DNA of 62,741 bases, the filler included, from Choristocarpus tenellus KU-1152 (taxonomy: Eukaryota; Protista; Phaeophyceae): the NCBI GenBank assembly GCA_964200185.2. It is 10 parts of 10 records of this genome, joined end to end, with 100 filler letters (N's around TTAATTAATTAA, not from the genome) between each part and the next. Parts side by side here need not be neighbours in the genome. Positions count along the whole stretch, not along the records: positions 1 to 19,068 come from CAXNAD020000493.1; positions 19,169 to 24,733 come from CAXNAD020010403.1; positions 24,834 to 31,482 come from CAXNAD020007662.1; 7 more parts are not named here. The stretch is one strand, 5' to 3'. Under the pieces are notes generated by a model. It was given only the letters and a program-made list of their open reading frames with translations, was not told where the DNA came from and searched no databases. This document shows, in pieces, positions 13,465 through 26,659 of this stretch. Positions within the stretch are counted from its first letter, which is position 1. Every line of letters begins with the position of its first letter. A program made the translations under genes and the position numbers.

Positions 13465-15704
13465 ATCTCATCATCAATGGAATAAAATGTGCACAATTAA
13501 TCACCTTAGACGGCTGGGGTATATACTCCAGCAACAAATATCAATATATGAATATGCTATACTGCACAAGAGGGAGTGGATTTATGCCATTATTTCACTG
13601 CTTTTATTACAACAATTCAGAGGGCAGGAGGTCCGGATTTTTAGATTTCTACATGAAAGAATGGAAAAGCGGGGAGCTATGTGATCAATTCAGACTGTAA
13701 TACCCAACTTATGTCGATGGTGGATAAGAAAGTCGAGAAAGTGATCTAAACCGGATCTATATATCTCGGCTGATAACTCTAGTGGCTAAAGTCAGCCCAG
13801 AGGAACATCACCATTTTTGTTGTACAGTAGTATCTGGTGCGTAGGGATCTGTGAGAGAGCCTCTCGATCATTTTAATCGTTTGTACGTCCCTCCACTCTC
13901 AAACCCGTGATAATACCTCTATACAGAGGGTCTCATCTGCCACAGCCACAGGAGAAACCAAACAGAACATACGTGCTTGTTCTGCACAGAAATGGGGGGT
14001 CAGACACGAGGATAAAAAAATCCCTGACTGATGCAAACTGAGTAAAACCTATCCCCTATAAGATACTTTCTCACTATTTTCTTCACTTTTCCCCACTACT
14101 GGCTCAAACATCGAATAATCAAGACAAAATGCAGGGCCTCAGATGTTCGACAGGATGGGAGAGGAAACTGAATGGGCTAATGGAGTGGAGGTGGTGTGGA
14201 CCGGTTGCGGTCACCTTGAGGCACAATACTGTCTTTATCGTGATGTGTGTGTACCTATATGTTTGTTTCAGGTGGTTGAAGCAGCCCATAATTTGTTGTT
14301 GTGCTAGGTACAGAGCAGATCTTAGCACCTTATGGAGTGAATGCACAAAGGCCAACAACCATGGGGGTAGGAGATGGGATCACAAGGGATCACAATAGGG
14401 AATGATGAGACCTTCTAGTGGGATGGAGAGTGAGACCTATCTTACATTTGTTCGTTTGCCTTGTAACATTGTTAGCCAGAGGTCAAAATGATAGTGGTCG
14501 ACGTAATCCAAGCGACTATTTGGACTGACGCAGTATGTGGTGTTAGGAAGGAGTACTGCCAATAATCTATCCGATGAGTCGTACTTGTATATGTAGTTGT
14601 GAATATATGCTAGTGTATGTTCGGAAGTATTATATATTTAGGTTCATATTATGAAGTGTTACCAATGTTGGTGTGTAGGCATAGTAAAAGGCAGTAAAAA
14701 GAGCAGCATCGAGGTTGGAGGAGAGGGGTAACTAGAACCTCATGTCAAGAGTATTCCATAATCAAAAAGAGTGTAAAATCCCCTCCCCTTCTCAATTTAG
14801 CCCGTTGATGATGGGGTCATGTGTACCTGGTCGAGATCATATCATAATACCCTCTTGTTCTGTTGGGGTTGCTTGACAGCCAGCAGCTAGTTACCACCTT
14901 CTCCCCGCTTATTGATCTAGTCAGTAGGCATGAGGTCCTTGTGGTCTTTTTAGTTATTAGAAATTAATAGTGTGATTTGAAGCGTCACCCAATCAAGTGA
15001 AGTCTATCACTACATAATATTGTCCCTGCACTTCACCACTCACAGCATGTGTGTGATGAGGGGCGATAGGTTGACGGAAGTACAATAAATCACAAATAAT
15101 ATATTAGAGGGCATATATCTGTCATTCTTTCTGAGATGAGTGATCTCAGGACACTCCAAGCAGATATAGAAGAGAGCAAAACCAGTGCATTGTACTACAA
15201 CGGTGTAAATATCATTTCCCTTTTGCATACTTGAGCACAGCAAATATTCCCTACCCTTATCTAGCTCAAATGTCTCCATGTGCATGTCACAAAAATACTG
15301 TTATCAGAGCAGCTCAGAAACTTGAGATGTACTCGAGGCACTGGTTTTAAATCTCAAGGAAATGAACATGTCATCATCAGTTTCTGACTGAATCGCCCAG
15401 GCTCTCCATATAGAACCCCTCAACACTGTTTGGTGCCTTCTACTCTTCCTACTGTTTTGTATTTATGTGCAGTGTTCGTAACTAACACGCTGTAGTAGAT
15501 AGTGTCTGTAAACACTGTGGGCAGTTCTGATGTGCCTCCAGGTAGTCCTGACCTTCTGATACACAGAGAATCTCTTTTGACTCATTATTAGCCACACCAA
15601 ACAAGTCACAATACAACACCTGGTATAATATCCTCACTACTGAGAGGCCAAATGATGTGAGTGTTGCATGATGTCACACCGACCCTGCACAACTCTTTCA
15701 GCCC

Positions 15705-16170
15705 ACCACCACCACCACCACCATCATCATCATTATGATTATGAGTATTAGTATTAGTATTTTGGATTATTTTTATATATACTATGATTATTATGACATT
15801 TATTGTGATCATTATTGCTCTCCTACTATCCTTATTGTTATCCCTGTTATCATCTCTACTATAGTTTACCGATGATTATGATTATGAATACTATTATTGT
15901 TATGATTATGAATAATTGCAATTACTATGTTTGTGACTATATGTATGATTGCGATTAATATTACTATTGTGTTTATAGTTATGATTATCATCATTATCAT
16001 TATTGCTATAATTGATATATTTTATACTTATGATTATGACTATGAGCATGATTGTTAGGATAAATATTCTTACATATGTTATTCATGTTCTTAATTATAT
16101 TTGTATTTTCATTATTATTTTCTTGATTGTGATTGTTATAGATTTCTTTATTGATCATTTTCATTCTAAT
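15705..16170. repeat. Degenerate (CCA)n/(ATT/ATG)n low-complexity tract
   Basis: Continuous AT-rich trinucleotide-like sequence. Confidence 0.85.
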
Positions 16171-17525
16171 CTTTGTGGGAGACATGTAGTCTCTTCTTTA
16201 CCTTACTTTTTCACAACATGAAGGGGTCATGTAGATGTTGTATTGAGCTCGCCCTCATAGCAACAAAACAACAAGCAAAAAGTAAGTGCGTACTACCCGG
16301 AACCTCAATCAAAAAGTACTCACCACTCACCAAATATCAAGACTTTAGACCCAATTCTTTGGAACATGTTCCCCCACATTGTATAAAACCAAACAATTGA
16401 GAGGATGGCAAGGTTGCATTCTAAGGATCCTAACAACAAGGGAAAACATAGGACATATTGTGCAGTTGTAGAAAGAGCCGTTGCCTAATTTTGGTTTCAC
16501 TTTGTATGTGGAAATGCGTGATACCAATTTCTCCTACAGTATTGTGTTCATAAAGGAATGGCATAATAGAGTGTAGTGGAAAGGGTAAGAACAATGACTT
16601 AGAATTCGAAAGGGTACAAACCTGCCTACCTCTCACTATTGGTGAGGCTCACTACCACACGGTAAGCAGGGATGCTGATCACATATTCTTTTGGAAAACT
16701 GATTTTGAGTGTAACAAAGGGTTACGTGTAGAGCAACCATCTTCCTCTATAACTTAAAATGCAAAAACATCCAAACTTCGTTCAGTGTTCAGGAGAGGAG
16801 AATATGTATACGTGGGAGGATAAGAAGCATACTACTACAAAAACATATGGTTTCCTGGAAGTATATGTACTGTAGAGGTGCGGAGAGGTGTCAAGGGTGG
16901 CGAATAGATCACGATTGGCGAAAAGTTGTGTAGTTCAAAATAAAAGCACTAGAACACAAACTCACTACTCTATCATTCTAGCCGAGATTTTATCGTCATA
17001 GAGGGGTAAGGGTAGATACCTGGAGGTGAGCAATATTTACCTTGCGAATATACAATCCCTTGCCTTCCTTGTGTACTCCAGAGTATATATCCATATGCAC
17101 ATATTGTATATGTGAGCTGAGACAGAGAGTACTGGGGAGGGGGGATACAAAAGGTTATCAGCAAGCATGGCGCAAGTAGGTTAGAGATGTGGAGGTTATC
17201 CAATCAAGTGGCAACATTGTCGAGAGTACTTGGATATTGGGTGTAATTATTTCTGGCACTAACCATATCAAATATATCATCCCTGCTTGCAGTATCTCTC
17301 GACCATATTCTGGTGCACTTGACCTCTCTATCGTGTACTTCTTGCTTATTGTGTGTACGTGTTCTTGCTCTTGAACATCAACCAATCTATCCACATACAA
17401 ACACACATATAGTGGAAGATTCATCCTTGCAATGTGTATGGGAGGATAAATATGTACTGAAGAAACATGTAGCAATATACATGCTCCCTCATAGGAGGTT
17501 GCTCACTCACCAGCAGTTACCACTA

Positions 17526-19068
17526 CAACTACGTTGGATTTCTAGTCTGTCATGCCTTGGAGTCCATGGAAATTAAACATACACTAAACATGATCCCTGC
17601 TAGTTGTTGGGTACATGGGATTTAGCTATTTCACACAGGACCTCTATATTTTCTCTTCAGTATCTTCTGTTCGGAAAAAGAAGGGCCATACTGGTAGCTA
17701 AATACATTTTACCACTCCAAAACATTTCGAAGTATGAAAAATGTCATTAAGAACCCATGGAAAGTCAATCCCCCAACGTACAAGCAGGGCAAACCTCATA
17801 CCCTCTAAGGTATTTTCAACCGCTACTGGGCTACTTCCAGCACTGCTGTATATGTACATCTTCTCTGGAGCCTAAGAAACAATAAGCACGTGCTCATGCA
17901 TGGAACTGACGATGACTGAAATCTGAAGTAGAGCTCTAAGGGCCTGGTTTGGATCGTTCCCGTTCTGTTCTCTTCTCATGATGGGCTATTTTCATTGAGC
18001 AAGACCACTTAGAGCTTCAGAACAGAAGCATGTCACATTAAGAAAAATCTAGGACAAATATTTCCTACAAAAATGTCTACCCTGAGCCTCCCTCTCCCAC
18101 ATGATATCCACATCTGTCACCATCACTGAAATGTACTTTGTCAACCTTCACAAATGTCACTCTCCGATGTGTGTGCGTACCTGCTCGTCCTTGACCTACA
18201 CCTTTAATCGTATGGCTTAGATGAAGCCCTGACATCACCAAGAGATGTTTCAGTCAACAATGTGTCCCATGACACCACGGATAACAATGCCAGTGTGGCA
18301 GAGACTGCGAATGAGGGAAGCACGGACACCTCGTTTTGTCTCCCCACACAGGTACATCAGCTCTCACTTCTCACTACAAATTTGCACGATGCAAACTTAG
18401 CCGTAACAAGTTCATCTAATAATAGAAATTCCTTACTCTCTTGGTATTCAATCTTACTGGTTGATTAGATAAAACGAATAAACAGGAAACTACCAATCGT
18501 ATACAGCTTGTTTAGAGCTAAGATACGAGAACCAGTAGTCGAACGAAACGGGAATTTGATATTGTTTCCTTCTCGCTGATATCGGGGGTTCTAAACAACA
18601 GGTGGACAGTGAGAAGGGGCTTCCTTGAGATATTCCAGACTCTCTGAAAACGTTGTTGTGAACCACAATACCTTATCTATTTTCAGCCGACTAGCAAGTC
18701 AAATGGGATAAAGAAGGGGGTATTGATTGGCAGCATATCTCCTGGGCTTCTATAATTGCTTTGAAACAGCCCTGACTACAATTTCTAGGAGAAGTGTTTT
18801 TGTAAGGGGATAGTTGATCAATATCCTATATCAGTGTGAGGGAGGGGGTGAATCCTTCATGTCCTGTATCACTCGCTGTACTTCTCAACAGGACCACCAC
18901 ACATATCGCACATGGCAGGACAATTCATGGATGGATACCAGGCAGTACCATACACCTAGTCACATTCAACTATCAGTAGTGCTTCACTCTTGTACAGGAT
19001 AGTTCCCAAAATTTGAAAATAGTATCCATTCACACCATAGTTCTTTCTTACCAAGGACATCTCATAGG
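17526..19068 (+). repeat. Copy 2 of the direct duplication of 4057-6589, with ~840 bp missing and a half MITE-B (17699-17821, reversed) at the junction
   Basis: Alignment by eye; gggcaaacctcataccctctaaggtattttcaacc is the reverse complement of the MITE-B end. Confidence 0.9.
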
Positions 19069-19168
19069 NNNNNNNNNNNNNNNNNNNNNNNNNNNNNNNN
19101 NNNNNNNNNNNNTTAATTAATTAANNNNNNNNNNNNNNNNNNNNNNNNNNNNNNNNNNNNNNNNNNNN
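19069..19168. other. Artificial contig spacer N44-TTAATTAATTAA-N44 (also 24734-24833, 31483-31582, 36621-36720, 42110-42209, 45847-45946, 49841-49940, 52797-52896, 58748-58847)
   Basis: Identical 100-bp linker with stops in all six frames. Confidence 0.99.
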
Positions 19169-19502
19169 CAAGAGAAGTCTCAAAACTATCAAAATTATCA
19201 ATGGATGGAGTGGTTTCCGCATTTTAAAATGGGCGGACGGGGGGACGGGGGGACGGGGGGACGGGAAGGTTAGCCTGTGGACTTGACAACTAAACTAAAA
19301 ATTGATATTTCCAACTCCTGACAAGAGGAAGTCAGGGGTTGGTTGGAGAAATAGAAAGCAGATGGTGGAGACATAAAGTTTCTTTTCCAAATAGTATAAA
19401 CTGTGTAAGGTGATACCTACAGCACCCACATTGTCCTTGACATAAAAGCATACCATACACACTGAGATGGATTATTACTCCATTATACCCATCTGAACTC
19501 AC

Positions 19503-20636
19503 AATCTCAGGTGCCCCAAAGGAGGATTCCGGCCCTCCCACACCATCGATGGCGTTGATGATTTGTGTGTGCCCCTTTACTGACCACACCGGCGCATCGT
19601 TCCTATCCAGGTCGTAGACATTCAAGTTCCCGTTATAGTCTCCACAAGCCTGACAGGGCAGAATAATTTGGTAATCATCCATTGATATGCGGTGTAAAGC
19701 AGTGAATGGTTACCTTCCCCCGAATACATCGAGGCTCCGTGGGAATTGACTCTGAACACTTCCGAGGGACATGTGTGTCAAGTGTGTCGATCATGCCACT
19801 CAACATGAATTGCAACACTGCAGAGAAGGGGATGGCGCGTGTCTGTGGGAATTTGACTTTCGGTGGTTGGGTACATATTCCTGAGGAAATATTGGACACA
19901 TCGAAGGCGCACCAGATGTCTCTCTTCGAAAGAAGATGCTCCGAACGTACAACACTTTATCCCCGCTGAAGTTTCCCTCTCCGCAACTAGTTTGAGGTGG
20001 CCCTTGTCCATTTCATAAACCTGGTGGTGCACGAGTATATGGTTCGGCACAAGTGCAGCTAGTGACATGTTTTCCTTGTGCATGATGCAATTTCTGGGTT
20101 GGGCGGTGGGGGTAGTGCAGCATGCTGTGAAGCAGCAAGACAATGGAAGTTTTCGCGTATCCTCGAGGCTAACATTTACATCTCAAACACGATGGCAGAG
20201 ACCTTCCTTCTCTATCATTACAGTAATCGATTCAACAACTTTCTTTACCTACGGCTAACACTTGACAATATGAGACATTTCATGTGGGTAGGAGTCAGCA
20301 CACTTGTGAACCATCCCCACTTCAAGTGAGGTCACACCTCCGTTTTGCGTAAAATACTGCGATGGAGCAAGTACCGTTGTCATATTCAAAAGTGTCAACC
20401 ACGTTTGCAGGTCTATATCTAGAGCAAATGTTATAGATGAAGGCTACCATGATGCAGACACGCATAGGTCATCATCATGGTTCCATACAACTCACCACCA
20501 AGGCACCCTTGGCCCTTGGGTGAATGCCTGTAACGACGAAACGTGCACTCCACGGGACCCATCGCGTGTCGTTCGGCGTGAAGGTCACCGCCTTGTGTAT
20601 GTGCTCAATCATCTGGGGAGCATCGGTTGTATCCAT
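19503..20636 (-). CDS. WDR92: WD-repeat protein 92 / dynein axonemal assembly factor 10, 5' part; exons 20636-20496, 20020-19913, 19649-19503; rest beyond contig end
   Basis: Spliced protein MDTTDAPQMIEHIHKAVTFTPNDTRWVPWSARFVVTGIHPRAKGALV|VYEMDKG...KCCTFGASSFEERHL|ACGDYNG...GHTQIINAIDGVGG...GAPEI; three GT donors and two AG acceptors, all phase 0. Confidence 0.92.
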
Positions 20637-21140
20637 CTTTGTGCACGCACAAGATGAATAGTGTAACTGATTAGAAAAGTGGAACGGGAGGCCAAAACCG
20701 ATCTAACCAACTTCCCAGCAGCCTCTTTCCCATATATCGGTCACGATCTCATCGAAAGTGGTGAAGAAGAAGCACCACACTAAGTCTTGGGAGATAGAGC
20801 AAGCTGAGGCTCTGCAAATCCAGTATCTGTACCATTAGTGTAGTAAAGTTGTACTATTATACTTAGTACTATATTATAGTCTATCTCTATTACATGGAAG
20901 GGTAACCGCCTGGACGGACGGTCCCACCTGTTAGTGTTAGGGAACTCTTTTTCCGAAGGCTTCTCAGATAATTAATTGTTGGGTTAAGCAGTCTTTGCTA
21001 GAGCAGATCCTTGACTTTCGTTGACATTTCGCTTCCTGAGGTTTACTCCATCACCGATATTTGGGTTTGTTAGGTGTGCTGAACTAGGCAGGCGGAGGAA
21101 AGCGTTGGACTGGTCTGCAAGAAGCAGATCGCTGTGAAGG
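20637..21140. promoter_or_regulatory. Putative bidirectional promoter between WDR92 and PSMB3
   Basis: Divergent ATGs 504 bp apart within one contig. Confidence 0.65.
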
Positions 21141-24100
21141 ATGGTGAGCGTCTTTGCAGTCCATTGTCCAAGATGTTTTGAGTTTACTGGCTTGTGTTGT
21201 GAGTGAGAGGGGGGTTTTCATTGGAGGGGAAAGTGCACACTGCACCTACGTATTAGTACCCTCTAATGAGGATGTTTACGACAACATTGCTATTGAAACT
21301 TGACCCACGTTTCCCTGGTGACATTACAGTCTATCATGGAGTATAATGGATCCGCCGTCCTTGCGATGGCGGGCAAGGATTGTGTTGGGATTGCTTCTGA
21401 TCGACGTTTGGGTGTCCAGCTTCAAACGGTCTCCACAGACTTCGAGAAAATTTTCAAGATGAACGACAAAATCATGGTGAGCGTAGGAACACGACTTCAG
21501 ACTATGTAGGGAAGCAAGAGCTTTCTCTTGCAAGCTTTGCAACGATTGACGACTTCCAAGGGGAGTGCCTCTTTGAACAATGCGTCTCCTGCATGTTTTG
21601 CCCAATGTCACCAATGATACGTTTTCTACTCCGAGTCTGAGTATCAACCAGCGTGAAACGAGGGGCAGGTTTATACCAGAGCCGTGTTAAGCACTTCTTA
21701 CGCAGCCTGGAATTTCCATCATTATTGACTCACCCCAAACGCCTCACCACCCTCATGAGAAATCTAAGTAGGCGAGTCCTAAAGATCGGCATGTTACTCT
21801 TATGGTCAAGACATTTTGCACTGTTGTCTGTCGCCCCGAATGATCGTGATGATCCAGGCAAGATATGGTGCCCCCATTGACAATTCGAATACTCTCAAGG
21901 TACAAACTTTTTCCAGAGCTAAGGCTCATAATCCTCTCAGATTTTGAAGTTGTTGATTTGCTTCTCAAGGCTTAGGGTACTAGTAATGCCTTTGAACGCG
22001 CAGTTTTGCAGCTCCTTCGTGATGTCATTCCGACATGAAATATGAAAGTCGCGCAAACTCGTATACCCCAAAAATGCATGTGCGCAGCATAAAGCTGTTT
22101 CTTCAACATCTACAAATAGATCGTTATAGATCATTTTCGCATTCTAATTGTTGTGTGAAGTGCACATCAAGCGATACAACGTCTTGTTGCCTTGGATACC
22201 CTGTGTGATCACACCGACCAACAAATATGATTCAGCGAGGTGATGATTGCCAAATCTTTCTTTGGGCCTCGACATAGTTGCATTTCTTTCCTGACCATGG
22301 TCAGTGCTCAACCACACCTTGGATAGTCAATTCAACTGCTGGACTGACAGTCAAAAACATCGGCAAAAAACAAATATAACCACGCGTTCCTCCTCTATTT
22401 TCTCAGGTGGGTATATCTGGTCTAGCAACAGATGTCATTACAGTGAAGGAGTTATTGACATTCCGCCTGAACATGTACAGGCTCAGGGAGGAAAGGGAGA
22501 TAAAGCCAAAGACATTCTCGGCGCTTGTGGCACATATTCTCTACCAGAAAAGGTGTGATTGTTGAGGAGAATGTTCAGACAGTGCATTTATTTGTCCTTG
22601 GATTATTTATGCACACATCCAGTATATGATTTTGTTAGCTTAGTGCATATTTTAAATTTTAAAATTCGTGTTCTACTAATACACATACGATTTGTACTTC
22701 AATGTGCTACATGATACGGTCTTAGGTTTTTGTTTTTTTGAAAGAGTGCTTTCTCTCTCTGCCTCTCTTTTGTTTTCCTGTTTTTTGTCTCCATGATGAT
22801 GCTTACAACTGTCCGTGTTTTGATGGAAGGTGTGATTTTAGAGACCATTTTTTAATTATTGTTTCTTGGTACGCGTTGTCTAAAAAAAGAAAAAGAAAAA
22901 AAAATACCCCGTAGAAACGAAGTTGTTGACCAAAATACATATTAAGTTTAATGCAGCAACATCAGCACTAGTAGTATTCATAATAACAATAACAAAGAGT
23001 TCTCTTAGTGGTACCCTCATTATCAGAGATCGGCATTGAGTTTCTTTTGATTTGCCTACCCAAGCAGAGTAACAACGGATGTGAAATACGGTAGTTTGGC
23101 GGTATTGTCATGGTGTGTATCACCAATATGGGGCTGAAAGCGTGCTTGTTCTCTATCTGTTTACGTACGTGTGGAGGCGATGCAACTCTGTACTGTAGAG
23201 GAGTTATGGTGGACTCCCCCTTGCTCACATTTTGTATGCTGTGTTTTGTTGACCTTTGAAACCATATTTTATTATGTCTGCTGTTGGGACATATCCCTTG
23301 CCCTCCTTGCACTAACTTTGATCTCCTTTCATGCTACAAATGTTAAATGTGTGTATATATATGTGATATGTCATTCCCCCCCCCAAAAAAATAAATAAAT
23401 ATATATATATATATATATATATACGTAGAGCTGTATATTTATCCATGGTAAAGGTCAACTTTAAGATTTCCCCATTCTTACCTGCCTGGAGTATTTTCCT
23501 TTGTCTCTTGACATAATCCCCAAGATGAGGTACATACTCTCTCTCCATGTCTGCATAGCAACTAGTCTTTCGACCCTTCTCCTGCATACATCTCTGTCAA
23601 GCTCATTTTATTTGATGTTGTGCATCTGACCAAGGGTGCTTTGATGTATCAGTATTTTGTAACTGTATGCTGTATGTTGCTGCCCGTAATTGCGCTTCCT
23701 GTATGTCTGGATCTATGCATCCCAGCCCTGTGTTGATAGTGTGCTAGTGCACATTTCATCCCTTTGTGCTCCTAAGTTGACTGGTTCTTTTGTGCTGTAT
23801 CTCCGAGAGGGTTACCCCTTCTGTATCGGTGCGTCTTTTGTTTTGGTAATTCTGTTTCTCTTAAAACTGTCTCTTAAAACTGTCTGGGGGTGGGCAGGGC
23901 ACTTTCGATGGTATACCATAATGCCACAGGGCTGTGGTAGTTTCCTCGAAGGGGTGGAGAGTAAAAACAGCCTTTTCATTCACAGTCATTGAGGTCTAGT
24001 TTTAAAAAAAAGATACTCAGAAATATCCTGCACAAGGGGCACACTAGCAAATCAAATCGCAACGGTTACATGTCTAGGGTTAGGGTCTGTAGTTGCCCTA

Positions 24101-24656
24101 TTGCAGATGCCAAGTTTAATCTCCAGAATTATGCAGGCAAGTGCTATCTTTTTCTTCAGGCCGAGAGACTTCCAATGACGTATGGTAAAACTGCAAGTCT
24201 ACACCAGCCCGATAATGTAAATATATTTGTATATGTATTGTATATATATTACAGTTATTTTTAGCAAGCTGGCCGCCCTGAGAGTTCCTGATTTCTGTCG
24301 ACTGAAAATGGGAGTTCAGTGGGACGGCATGAATGTCATAGATAATATATAATGTGTATCCCAAATATTGCCAATGAGTTGCTCGGGAAAACCAGCTTTT
24401 TTTCCCAGGTGTTTTTTTTTAGTCTAGTCCCTGATCCTCCCTTCCCTGCCCCCACCCCCCCTTGCTCGTAACGTCAATCAGGTTCGGGCCCTATTTTGTG
24501 GAGCCGTTGATCGCAGGCTTGGATGATAACAATAAGCCGTTCCTTTCTGCATTTGACTCCATTGGATCGTCCGCCAATTCAGATGATTTTTTAGTGGCGG
24601 GGACTTGCTCTCCGAATTTGTACGGGATGTGCGAAAGCCTTTATCGGCCAGATATG
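21141..24656 (+). CDS. PSMB3: 20S proteasome subunit beta type-3, partial; exons 21141-21143, 21330-21476, 22407-22552, 24482-24656
   Basis: M|SIMEYNGSAVLAMAGKDCVGIASDRRLG...|VGISGLATDV...LYQKR|FGPYFVEPLIAGLD...LYGMCESLYRPDM; GT-AG introns with consistent phases. Confidence 0.96.
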
Positions 24657-25655
24657 GTACGATGCTGGAGGGGTGTGTTTGGGGGGGGGGGGGGGGGGGG
24701 GGGTAATATGGGGGGTTTTTTGGGGGGGAGTGGNNNNNNNNNNNNNNNNNNNNNNNNNNNNNNNNNNNNNNNNNNNNTTAATTAATTAANNNNNNNNNNN
24801 NNNNNNNNNNNNNNNNNNNNNNNNNNNNNNNNNTGTAGAAAGGCGGACTCGGTGTATTTGAAGGCATTTTGCAGAGGTTTTCCGCGGCACAAGGCATGAC
24901 TTCCACTTTATTCCCCTACCAGCAACGTACTGTGCTGCTGTTTGGTCACGACTCAGGAAGAAAGGCACTTTTCGCGAGAAATTTTTACGCGCGCGCGAAA
25001 CTCGCGTGAATATCTCTGGAGTTTTGTACCAAGTCGCCCGAATACGAGAATTCCGGTACAAAGGTCTATTTTTTTGAGCATGTCGAAAAAACGGTACAAA
25101 ATGAGGGTCTAGTACATAATAGTTGGCATAAAATCGGGGTAGGTACTGTAGTATGAACAGCAAAAAAAGCACATTCTTTCAATTTGCTTATATTTATAAA
25201 TATAACTCTAGTTCACAAAGTTCGCTCTACTTCAGATTAGGTTCCTACCTTCTAGTAGTACTAGAAGTACTTCCAAATATCACTGTTTGGTTGATGGATG
25301 GCACATATTTTTTCGATGCATGATGCAGTAATGCTGGAAAACATAAGCGTTTGCATGCATGTGCCTTCAACCTCCCAACAAGGCTACAGTCATTGTGTTG
25401 ATCCAGACTTTGGGCCAGCCACAAGCTGGCTGACGAGTTTGTTCATCTTGGAGGCATCATATGTAATGAAGTTGATATCACTGACAACATGAGTCAACGG
25501 GTTGCTTCAAAATGGCTGGCGCTGTTTCTGAAAATAATAGTAACCACAGTCAACAGCAAGTGCTATATGATCACAGAACCACAGGTAAGTCAGGAGGCAG
25601 GTATGTGACACTTCATCATGAGCTTAACTAAGATTCGAGAGTTCAAGGCTGCTGT

Positions 25656-25935
25656 GGCCCGAAGTAAACGAGAGGTGACCAGGTTTTGGCTGTTTTGCAT
25701 TACAAGCCAGTTTTTTTTTTATCTTTTGCGATTTACCCATGTTTCTATATGGAAGAAGTGCTAAGTTTGACTCGAGAGCGTTGATTTCTCTACTGGTGGT
25801 TGAGACTTTTAGAGACAGAACTAAAAAAACATCCTATTATTATGCGCATTTATTTATAAAAAGTCAAATTTCGCGAATAACTTTCAGCATGATGATGAAA
25901 ATGCAATTCTGGGTACATTTCGCTTACTTTGACTC
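25656..25935 (+). mobile_element. MITE family C copy ~720 bp upstream of the GAPDH start
   Basis: ggcccgaagtaaacgagaggtgacc...ggtacatttcgcttactttgactc; flanks tgt/agt. Confidence 0.8.
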
Positions 25936-26659
25936 AGTCCTTGGTGGGGGATGTGCGACTCACAAATGCATTTGTTTCAACAAGTTAAATTGCAGATGGA
26001 AAGCAGAACCAAGGAAAATGTACTGACTTCTTACCGTCAAAATACATTTTTATCCAAGGACATTAACCATTTTACCACGACCTGGCCATGGGCTGGCCTG
26101 GTATCAAAATGTTTTGACAGGGTCTGGACCATGGGTTGGCACGGTACCAATATATTATTGTGGACATAGATAGGTGGGGGTATTACATTGTTCAGAGAGT
26201 GTACACATTTTCTCACAGTTCTGAATGCTGATGGTAGGCAGAGATTGTGTATAAAGTGCACAGCACCATATCAACATGGACAAGACGTGAGTTTGTGTAT
26301 AAATGTAACGTGTTAACAATGTCTAACAGTGGATTTTATAAATTGAGGATGGAGCGTACCGTTGAGGATGGGTTTGACCGAAAATGGTGCGGGAAAAGTA
26401 CCGATCCGTTTTTTTTGAAAATGTTGCAGCACTTTTTAAGGGCCCCTTTTTGAATGGGATATATTTTTATTCAAAAATATTTCGGTACTTGTGGAGGGCA
26501 CCGCTACGATTTGGAAGTGACCTGTGGTCTACTTCCATCAAATTAAACTCGACGTTGACAGTTCAATAAATGGTACATACACCTTTGTTTGTCGCAGTAC
26601 GAAATCTCTTCATACGTACGAATTGGTACTGAGAGGAACTAAGATCAAAAAGAGGCACC

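Noticed and set aside
16012-16221. Hydrophobic membrane-protein-like ORF
   Set aside because: Product of an ATT-rich low-complexity tract.
19069-19168. Recurrent TTAATTAATTAA palindrome in N runs
   Set aside because: Artificial six-frame-stop linker; it also means cross-gap gene neighbourhoods cannot be read as a cluster.
19231-19265. (GGGGGGAC)n and (GGGT)n (30706-30732) G-quadruplex-like tracts
   Set aside because: Simple intronic repeats with no evidence of function.
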